The notes beneath the pieces are model-generated. The model searched no databases and was not told where the DNA came from. It saw only the letters and a program-made list of their open reading frames with translations. From positions 2,605 to 66,604 of the forward strand of contig DXCN01000020.1 of the NCBI GenBank assembly GCA_019115985.1: a DNA stretch of 64,000 bases. Reading direction: 5' to 3'. Source of the DNA: Candidatus Rothia avicola. GTDB taxonomy: Bacteria; Actinomycetota; Actinomycetes; Actinomycetales; Micrococcaceae. Positions 56,950 to 64,000 of this stretch are shown one piece after another (the stretch's first letter is position 1; each line of letters begins with the position of its first letter). The position numbers and the translations under genes are program-made.

Positions 56950-58665
56950 ATGACTGCACGTATTAACCTCAACCGCAGGTCTTTCTTCATTGTCTCGGGC
57001 GTCGCCGGTATGACCGGCCTGCTCGCAGCCTGTGGCGGCAACAGCAATACCTCAAGCGCCGAAACCGGCTCAGCCCTCACCAGCGGCAGCGACATCTCGA
57101 AGCTCGTAGCTATCAACGAACATGACCGCGCAGACCTGCAGACTGGCGGCGTCCTTAACCTTGCCGTAGCTACCCTGGGCCCCAACTTCAACGTCGCAAC
57201 CCAAACCGGCTATACCACCAGCAATCTCAACGTCATGGCGGCCGTCAACACCGCCACCGTCAGCGGCCTCTGGAAGACCAACGCCCTGGGCGAATACAGC
57301 ATCAACACCGACTACTGCACCGCCTACGAAGCGAGCGAAACCGACGGCGTGCAGACCATCTCCATCAAGCTCAACCCCCGGGCTAAGTTCAACGACGGCA
57401 CCCCCGTGGACGTCAAGGCCCTGCAGGTGACCCACAAGACCCTCACCGAAGAGGGCTACAACATCGTAGACCCCGGCGTCTACGCCCACATCGCATCCAT
57501 CGAAGAAGACGGCGACGCCTTCTCGGTTAAGATCACCATGGCCGAACCCTACTATCCCATCGAGGGTCTCTTCGGCACCGGGTTGGTACACCCCGCCATG
57601 GAAGACCCCGCAATCTTCAACGACGGCCTGCTCGATACCATCAACAACGACTACCTCTCCGGCCCCTACAAGGTCGATAACTGGGACTCTGCCCAGAAGG
57701 TGCTCACCGTTGTGCCCAACGAGAACTGGTGGGGCGAAAAGCCCCTGCTCGACCGCATCACCTTCCGCCAGATGGAAGCCTCAGCAGCCCGCGCAGCCTT
57801 CCGCAACGGTGAAATCGACGCGGTGGCCGCTAACAGCCTGACCGCCTACAACGACATTGACGGCACCAGCGGCGCTGAACCCCGCCGCGGCCAGAAGCTC
57901 TACGCCGGTGGCCTGGTCATCAACCCTGAGCGACTCACCGACACCGCCCTGCGCCGCGCAATCTTTGCCGCTATCGACCGTAAAGCCATTGCAGCCGTCC
58001 GCTTCAACGGTCTGAACTGGACCGAAGAAGTACCCGGCTCCATGATGCTCATGCCCTTCGCTACCGACTACCAGGACAACTACCCAACCGAAACCGGTGC
58101 AGAGGCAGCCAAGAAGATCCTGGCCGATGCGGGCTACAGCCAAAACGGTGACTACCTGGCCAACTCTTCAGGCAATGCCAAGTTCGCCATCACCACCTTC
58201 GGTGATGACCCGGTTTCATCAGCTACCGCCCAGACCATTGTGCAGCAGATGAAGGCTGCCGGTATCGAATGCAGCATCGATAACCAGCCCGATGCAAACT
58301 TCTCCACCGTCATTGGTAACAAGGAATACGATGTGACCTTCTCCGGCTACGGCATCCTGGGTGAAGACGCATCAGGTTCAGCAGAGTACTTCTACCACTC
58401 AGCCACCTACAACGGCATCGGCACCGACGAAATTGACGCGATGTGTGAGCGCCTGCGCACCATCGAATCCATGGAAGAGCGTAACGCCCTGTCCAATGAA
58501 ATCGAGAAGAAGCACATGGCAGAGGTTGCCACCATGATTCCCATCATCAACGGCCCCGAAATCTGGTTCTGCAAGACCAACCTGGCCAACTACGGTGCCT
58601 TCCTCTTCGCCCGCCCCTACGCCAACCCGTCCGCCTACATCAACGCAGGCTGGATCAAGGAGTAG
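56950..58665 (+). CDS. Peptide ABC transporter substrate-binding lipoprotein (family 5), paralogue 2
   Basis: NRRSFFIVSGVAGMTGLLAACGG signal. Long collinear similarity to paralogue 1, for example the shared DRITFRQMEASAARAAFRNGEIDAV. Preceded by an AT-rich 340-nt spacer with its own likely promoter. Confidence 0.85.
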   Translation: MTARINLNRRSFFIVSGVAGMTGLLAACGGNSNTSSAETGSALTSGSDISKLVAINEHDRADLQTGGVLNLAVATLGPNFNVATQTGYTTSNLNVMAAVNTATVSGLWKTNALGEYSINTDYCTAYEASETDGVQTISIKLNPRAKFNDGTPVDVKALQVTHKTLTEEGYNIVDPGVYAHIASIEEDGDAFSVKITMAEPYYPIEGLFGTGLVHPAMEDPAIFNDGLLDTINNDYLSGPYKVDNWDSAQKVLTVVPNENWWGEKPLLDRITFRQMEASAARAAFRNGEIDAVAANSLTAYNDIDGTSGAEPRRGQKLYAGGLVINPERLTDTALRRAIFAAIDRKAIAAVRFNGLNWTEEVPGSMMLMPFATDYQDNYPTETGAEAAKKILADAGYSQNGDYLANSSGNAKFAITTFGDDPVSSATAQTIVQQMKAAGIECSIDNQPDANFSTVIGNKEYDVTFSGYGILGEDASGSAEYFYHSATYNGIGTDEIDAMCERLRTIESMEERNALSNEIEKKHMAEVATMIPIINGPEIWFCKTNLANYGAFLFARPYANPSAYINAGWIKE

Positions 58666-58689
58666 GTTCAACTCCCAAGTTTCCACTTT

Positions 58690-58730
58690 TTCGCCGGTTT
58701 TCGACGGTTTAGCCGTTGAAAACCGGCGAA
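58690..58730 (+). terminator. Hairpin after the second binding-protein gene (no U-tract)
   Basis: ttcgccggttttc / gaaaaccggcgaa 13-bp stem. Confidence 0.5.
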
Positions 58731-58880
58731 AGTGTCGAAACAGGGATTCTGACTCTCAACCGCGCAAACCCGGCGGCTCCTTGCCTATATACGTTATTCT
58801 TAATAGCTGATTCTTAAATTTGTTAGCGGGCCCCTCTAAGCCCGCGACGCCCATCCAGCCACGAAAGTAGTGCACAGCCC

Positions 58881-60455
58881 GTGTTTAATTCACTCTCAGA
58901 CCGGTTGACAGCAACCTTCAAAAACCTGCGCGGCAAAGGCAAGCTGACTGAAGCAGATATTGACGCTACAGTACGCGAGATTCGCCGTGCCCTGCTGGAT
59001 GCCGACGTGGCCGTTCCCGTCGTCCGCGAATTTACCTCCCACATCAAGGAACGCGCCCTGGGCGCAGAGGTCTCCGAAGCCCTCAACCCCTCCCAGCAGA
59101 TTGTTAAGATCGTCAACGAAGAGCTGGTCAATATTCTGGGTGGCCAGACCCGCCGTATCAACATGGCCAAGACCGGCCCCACCATCATCATGCTGGCCGG
59201 TCTGCAGGGTGCCGGTAAGACCACCCTGGCCGGTAAGCTTTCTCACTGGCTCAAGAAGCAGGGCCACACCCCCATGCTGGTGGCCTCTGACCTTCAGCGC
59301 CCTAACGCCGTCAACCAGCTCAAGGTGGTGGGTGAGCGCGCTGGCGTGCCTGTCTACGCCCCGCACCCCGGCGTCACCAGCGAATTCGACCTCCCCACCG
59401 GTGACCCCGTGCAGGTCGCCCGCGACGGTGTAGCTGAGGCCCGCGTCAAGCTGCACGATGTGGTCATTGTTGATACCGCAGGCCGCCTGGGCGTTGACGC
59501 CGAGCTCATGCAGCAGGCCCGTGACATCCGCGATGCCATTGAGCCCAATGAAGTCCTCTTCGTCATCGATGCCATGATCGGTCAGGACGCCGTCAACACC
59601 GCTAACGCCTTCAACGAGGGTGTTGACTTCACCGGCGTTGTGCTCTCTAAGTTGGACGGTGACGCCCGCGGTGGTGCTGCTCTGTCAGTTGCTTCGGTAA
59701 CCGGTAAACCCATCATGTTCGCCTCAACCGGTGAAAACGTCACCGACTTTGAGCAGTTCCACCCCGACCGTATGGCCAGCCGTATTCTCGATATGGGTGA
59801 CGTGCTTACCCTGATTGAGCAGGCCGAGCAGACCTGGGACAAGGCCGAAGCTGACCGCATGGCCAAGAAATTCGTTGACCAGGAAGATTTCACCTTCGAC
59901 GACTTCCTGGCTCAGATGCAGCAGATTCGCAAGATGGGGTCCATGAAGAAGCTGCTCATGATGATGCCGGGTGCAGCCCAGATTCGTCAGCAGCTGGAGA
60001 ACTTCGACGAGAAGGAAATCGACCGCGTCGAGGCTATTGTTCGCTCCATGACCCCGCACGAGCGCGTGGCTCCCAAGATTATTAACGGCTCCCGCCGTGC
60101 CCGTATCGCTAAGGGTGCCGGTGTGACCGTTTCTGAGGTCAACATGCTCATGGAGCGTTTTGCCCAGGCCCAGAAGATGATGAAGAAGCTGGCCAGCGGC
60201 AATATGGCCGGTATGCCCGGTGGCATGCAGATGCCCGGTATGGCTGCTGCCGGTGGTGCTGCCCGCAAGAACAAGGGCAAGGGTAAGGGCAGGCAGAAGG
60301 CTCGTTCCGGTAACCCGGCAAAGCGCGCCCAGCAGGAGCAGGCAGCCGCAGCTAAGCAGCAGGCTGCTCTGGGCTCGGCCTTTGGCCAGCAGGCCCAGGA
60401 CGTGAAGCCTGAGGATCTGAACCTGCCTAAGGGCTTCGAGAAGTTCCTCAAGTAA
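58881..60455 (+). CDS. ffh: Signal recognition particle protein Ffh
   Basis: GTG start. FNSLSDRLTATFKNLRG N-terminus, GLQGAGKTT, DTAGRL, SKLDGDARGG, and a Met-rich M domain with a basic tail. Confidence 0.93.
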   Translation: MFNSLSDRLTATFKNLRGKGKLTEADIDATVREIRRALLDADVAVPVVREFTSHIKERALGAEVSEALNPSQQIVKIVNEELVNILGGQTRRINMAKTGPTIIMLAGLQGAGKTTLAGKLSHWLKKQGHTPMLVASDLQRPNAVNQLKVVGERAGVPVYAPHPGVTSEFDLPTGDPVQVARDGVAEARVKLHDVVIVDTAGRLGVDAELMQQARDIRDAIEPNEVLFVIDAMIGQDAVNTANAFNEGVDFTGVVLSKLDGDARGGAALSVASVTGKPIMFASTGENVTDFEQFHPDRMASRILDMGDVLTLIEQAEQTWDKAEADRMAKKFVDQEDFTFDDFLAQMQQIRKMGSMKKLLMMMPGAAQIRQQLENFDEKEIDRVEAIVRSMTPHERVAPKIINGSRRARIAKGAGVTVSEVNMLMERFAQAQKMMKKLASGNMAGMPGGMQMPGMAAAGGAARKNKGKGKGRQKARSGNPAKRAQQEQAAAAKQQAALGSAFGQQAQDVKPEDLNLPKGFEKFLK

Positions 60456-60466
60456 AACCTACCGAT

Positions 60467-60510
60467 AGGGCGGGGGTAAGCAGTTGGCCTACCCCCGCCC
60501 TGTGGCTTTT
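60467..60510 (+). terminator. Rho-independent terminator after ffh
   Basis: agggcgggggta / tacccccgccct stem followed by gtggctttt. Confidence 0.8.
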
Positions 60511-60631
60511 AAGGACGCTTGGGGCAGGGGCCAGTTCTGCTGAGAGAGTGCAAGGGCCCCTCTACCTTTTACGCTGTAGTCTGGCGCGGTACATTGGGTG
60601 TAGTAACCGCCCGTTGAGAAGGAGCAGCACC

Positions 60632-61126
60632 GTGGTTGATTCTTATCTGCCTGAAGATGAACTGAAGGCTTTTATTGAAAGTCTGCCCACCCGTCGTCTG
60701 GCGGCCGGTGCTGTGATTCGTAATGAAGCGGGGCAGCTGCTTCTGGTCAAGCCTAACTATAAGGACGGCTGGACTATCCCGGGTGGCACCGTTGAGGCGG
60801 GCGAAGCTCCACAGTCAGCCTGCTTCCGTGAGGTGGCTGAGGAAGTTGGCCTTACCCTTGAGCCGGGCCGTCTTCTGGTGGTTTTCCACGGCCTGCAGAT
60901 GGGTATCTGGGGTGACTCTACTTACTACATCTATGACGCCGGTGTACTTCCTGCCCATGCGGTCATTACCCTGCAGGAAGAAGAGCTGACCGCTTATGAA
61001 TGGGCAGCGCCCGAAGATTTGGGTAGCTACTTTGATCAGGGGCAGGCCTACCGTTTGCAGCAGGCTTTCCGAGCCCTGCAGACCGGGGCCGTGTACGAGT
61101 TCTCTAGCGATTCACCTGCACGCTAG
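60632..61126 (+). CDS. NUDIX hydrolase
   Basis: GTG start with a GAGAAGGAG SD. Nudix box GGTVEAGEAPQSACFREVAEEVGL. Confidence 0.85.
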   Translation: MVDSYLPEDELKAFIESLPTRRLAAGAVIRNEAGQLLLVKPNYKDGWTIPGGTVEAGEAPQSACFREVAEEVGLTLEPGRLLVVFHGLQMGIWGDSTYYIYDAGVLPAHAVITLQEEELTAYEWAAPEDLGSYFDQGQAYRLQQAFRALQTGAVYEFSSDSPAR

Positions 61127-61198
61127 TTACCCCTGCCTTGTGTGGCCCGGGGCAGAGCTCTGCCCGTTTGATGAAGCGTTGATAAGGATTGTAAGCAT

Positions 61199-63130
61199 AT
61201 GACTGAATCACACCGTGACCCCGCTCAGCAGGATGCCTCCCACAGGGAGGTTGTGGGTTCTGATGTGCTATGGGTGCGTCTGCGCATTGATCGTGCCCAG
61301 CCCTGGGGGAGCTGGCGGGAGCTAGTGCCCGCCCTGTACAGCGGCGCGTCTGATGCTCAGCAGGTGGCGGACGCCGGTGAGCAGCTTGCCCTGCCTGCTG
61401 ACGTTGAGCAGCAGGTTCGGGAGCAGCTAGAGAGCATTATCGGCATGATTCGGGAGCAGGCTCAGGGAGCTGACCAGAGCTACGAGTACACCGATGAAGA
61501 CATCAAGAGTGTTGAGGAACTCGCTGCTAACCCCGATAAGTTCGATAATCTGATTCAGCAGATTATGCAGGCAGAGCAGGGGAGCGAAGAGCTCCTGGCA
61601 GAGCCTGAAGAGGCTTCGACTGAGGCTACCGAAGAGGAGCTTCAGGCGCTGACAGGCGACCCCACCCCAGAGGCTCTGGCCGCGATGGAAGAGCTGAACT
61701 GGGAGATTACCCCTCAGCTAGCGGGCTATTTAGAGTCGGTAGCGACGGTGACGGCCCTTGAGACGGACGGACGCCGTGCCCAGCTCTTTGTGCTGTGCGA
61801 GCGGGTGCCGGGGCAGGCGTCCTTGCGCACCGTGGAGACCGACAGCACCGGGGTGCTGTTGCCCGGCATGCCCCTGAACGAGTTTCTGAATCAGCTGGAC
61901 GCCCTTTTCCCGGGTGCCGCTGACCTGCTGCCCCAAAAGCCGGGGGAGGACTACCACCTGGCGTCCTTCTCCCAGGGCACCGATTCCCTGAGCCTTGACC
62001 CCCACGGGGTGAGTGCTGCGCTGGTGGAGCTATCGATGGCTGACCTTGCTACCTACATGCAGCCTGAGCTCATGGCCGGTGAGGTTGAGGCGGCACCTGC
62101 CGATAAGGGCTGGTCGCTGCTTACCGCCGACCCCCGCACCCTGGCGAACCTGCTTGAAGCCATGAACGTGCCCTCGATTGTGGCTGAGCAGACCCTCTTT
62201 GGTCAGAACCTGACCTTCGTGCTCCCGGCCGATTCCACCGGCCCCGAAACCGGTAGTGTCACCGACTGGGTTAACCAGGTCATGGGCACCCCCGACTCGG
62301 GTTTGGTGGGCACCGTGCTGACTTTTAGCTGGTCGCCTCTAACAAAAATTGGCTCTGCCCTTGAACGGGTCTCTAGCGAAGTGGGCAACCTGGTCTGGAG
62401 TCTGCCGGGCCTACTCCCGGCACCGTTCAGGGAACTAGCCGCCCGTGACCAGCTCGAACAGCTCATCTGGCTCTACGGGCTCGATGAGCAAACCGCTAAC
62501 CGCCTGACCAACTACGTGCTGGACTGCGAAAGCTCCGACGGGCTGGAATCTACAATCCATGCCCTCGAACTGCCCGAAGAGCTACTGAAGGTGCTCACCG
62601 GGGCGGTGCACCTTGATGAGTTCGTGGGCTACCGAAAATTCGCCCCCGATATGAACGGGCTGGAGCGCTTCAAGGAGAGCGTCACCGCCTACCCCAACGG
62701 CACCGATACACTCAGCACCGTGAGCCGAGAAATTAGGGAACGCCCCTGGCTTCTCACAGCGGACGCCACTGCCCAGCTCGGTGCCTCCGGTGCCCTGGCC
62801 CTGTGGGCAGCCCGGCGCGTAGCGCAGGGGCGTTCACCTCGCGCTGCCCTCATCGCAGCAGCCACCCTCGGGGCAACCGGCGCAGCCGAACTGGTCATCG
62901 CGCGGGTCTACCACCGCCTGCAGGCAGTCGAGAAACTGCCCACGGTTGAACACCATCGGGTGCGGCCCCTCTCGCTGACCGAAGAGCTCCGCGCCCAGGC
63001 CCAGCAGCAGGCAGGAGAAGCCTCCGAGCGACAGGCCCCCAAGGTCGTCCGCAACGCCCAGAAGCTGGGCCGCCAGGCAGGGCAGCTGGCCCGCCAGCAG
63101 CTGGGGCGTTTCTTCGGCGCTCGCGACTAA
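61199..63130 (+). CDS. Hypothetical 643-aa protein: acidic N-terminal half, hydrophobic C-proximal segments, basic tail
   Basis: Long ORF with genome-like codon composition. No motif I can assign. Glu/Asp/Gln-rich region around residues 60-170. Ala/Leu-rich hydrophobic stretches (LGASGALALWAA, ALIAAATLGATGAAELVIA). Lys/Arg/Gln-rich C-terminus. Confidence 0.6.
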   Translation: MTESHRDPAQQDASHREVVGSDVLWVRLRIDRAQPWGSWRELVPALYSGASDAQQVADAGEQLALPADVEQQVREQLESIIGMIREQAQGADQSYEYTDEDIKSVEELAANPDKFDNLIQQIMQAEQGSEELLAEPEEASTEATEEELQALTGDPTPEALAAMEELNWEITPQLAGYLESVATVTALETDGRRAQLFVLCERVPGQASLRTVETDSTGVLLPGMPLNEFLNQLDALFPGAADLLPQKPGEDYHLASFSQGTDSLSLDPHGVSAALVELSMADLATYMQPELMAGEVEAAPADKGWSLLTADPRTLANLLEAMNVPSIVAEQTLFGQNLTFVLPADSTGPETGSVTDWVNQVMGTPDSGLVGTVLTFSWSPLTKIGSALERVSSEVGNLVWSLPGLLPAPFRELAARDQLEQLIWLYGLDEQTANRLTNYVLDCESSDGLESTIHALELPEELLKVLTGAVHLDEFVGYRKFAPDMNGLERFKESVTAYPNGTDTLSTVSREIRERPWLLTADATAQLGASGALALWAARRVAQGRSPRAALIAAATLGATGAAELVIARVYHRLQAVEKLPTVEHHRVRPLSLTEELRAQAQQQAGEASERQAPKVVRNAQKLGRQAGQLARQQLGRFFGARD

Positions 63131-63193
63131 GAGCCCGGCTCCCTCCACCTCGCGGGGGAGCCGCCAGCTCCCTGGTCTTGATACAGTGGGCAG

Positions 63194-64000
63194 GTGAACA
63201 CAGCCGCTCGTTTTTCCTTCTCACAGATAGACCCCGACTGGGAGCGCCCCACCCCGCCGGCGGCGTCCTTGCGCCGGGACGTGCTGGTCTGGCTCGTGGT
63301 GCTCGCCGCAACCCTGCTACTGAACGCCGCCTACCACTCCGCGGGGTTTCTGGGGGATAACGCCCAGCAGATTCATCACTCCTACTGGGCAGCTGCGGCG
63401 ATGACGCTGCCACTTATTTTCCGCCGCGTCTACCCGCTCAGCATGATGCTCCTGGCCACCGCGCTCTTCTTTACTCTGAGCTATGTGTCTGAAATAGCGC
63501 CCGCTACCCTGAGCTACCAGCTCTGCTATTTTGCGGTACTCTATGCCGGTATCGCCTGGGGCAAGAACCGCACCCTGACCTGGATTGTCTACGCCCTGGT
63601 CTGCACCGCCGCCCTTGTTTGGATTGTGGTTGCCTGGGTAGTAACCGACTCAGCCTACAGCATAGCCGGTGTTGAGGAGTATTCAGGTGGCCTGTTCAGC
63701 CAGGCAACCGCTGGCTACGTGATGGCTTGTATGACCAATCTTTTCTACTTCGGGTGCGCCGCCCTGATGGGGCGCACTGCCTGGAACCAGGCCTACCAGC
63801 GGACCGCCCTTGCGGCCCAGGCTCGGCAACTAGAACAGCAGGCAGAACAGATGGCCCAGGACGCCGTGACCCGCGACCGCCTGCGTATCGCCAGGGAACT
63901 CCACGACTCGGTGGGCCACCATGTCTCGTCCATGGGGATTCAGGCGGCTGCTGCCCGTCGGGCCCTGAGCAAGAAACCTGAACTGGCAGCAGAGCCCCTG
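63194..64000 (+). CDS. Sensor histidine kinase (HisKA_3 type), 3'-partial at the window edge
   Basis: Open frame from GTG 63194 to the window end; it is not in the ORF track because it has no stop. Multi-pass hydrophobic N-terminus, then the H-box RDRLRIARELHDSVGHHVSSMGIQAAAA. Confidence 0.75.
   Translation, partial: MNTAARFSFSQIDPDWERPTPPAASLRRDVLVWLVVLAATLLLNAAYHSAGFLGDNAQQIHHSYWAAAAMTLPLIFRRVYPLSMMLLATALFFTLSYVSEIAPATLSYQLCYFAVLYAGIAWGKNRTLTWIVYALVCTAALVWIVVAWVVTDSAYSIAGVEEYSGGLFSQATAGYVMACMTNLFYFGCAALMGRTAWNQAYQRTALAAQARQLEQQAEQMAQDAVTRDRLRIARELHDSVGHHVSSMGIQAAAARRALSKKPELAAEPL

Noticed and set aside
62895-63413. 172-aa Arg/Pro/Gly-rich ORF on the minus strand spanning the end of the 643-aa gene and the start of the kinase gene
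   Set aside because: Extreme Arg/Pro/Gly shadow composition. It overlaps two sense-strand genes and an intergenic hairpin.

Overview
High-GC (roughly 60% by eye, not computed) actinobacterial chromosome segment. About 55 protein genes, 3 tRNAs, and no rRNA, CRISPR array, transposase or integrase. Gene order follows the conserved actinomycete backbone known from Mycobacterium and Corynebacterium: leuB, FAH-gltX-tRNA(Gln/Glu), IclR/leuCD, gpsA-ddl-DUF3515-thiL-DAK2-recG-rsmD-coaD-DUF177-rpmF-rnc-fpg-smc-ftsY-amt-glnB-[glnD]-ffh. The three-gene ole cluster with a fused oleBC points to a Micrococcaceae-like host (Rothia/Kocuria/Micrococcus type); this is inference only. Several departures from the backbone stand out. 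(1) An AT-rich acyltransferase-3 cassette sits exactly at the thrC stop codon, bracketed by a perfect 36-bp duplication of the thrC 3' end. It lies next to a fragment of a DinJ-like antitoxin gene and a decayed DinJ/YafQ-type toxin-antitoxin pair. (2) A tandem pair of membrane-anchored dynamin-like GTPases lies between the tRNA cluster and IclR/leuCD. (3) A 56-bp perfect palindrome sits just after recG. (4) An oleA-oleBC-oleD long-chain olefin cluster is wedged between fpg and smc. (5) The nitrogen-sensing module is decaying: amt carries an in-frame internal deletion, glnB is frameshifted and 3'-truncated, and glnD is absent, replaced by xth plus a peptide ABC importer with two paralogous binding proteins. 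Phased GlnR-box-like pentamers nevertheless persist upstream of amt. (6) A 643-aa acidic orphan protein follows ffh. I do not see a clear new multi-gene system such as a defence island. The least-characterised candidates are the GTPase pair, the 643-aa protein and the structured or palindromic intergenic elements. Most long ORFs antisense to these genes are high-GC shadow ORFs and were rejected.
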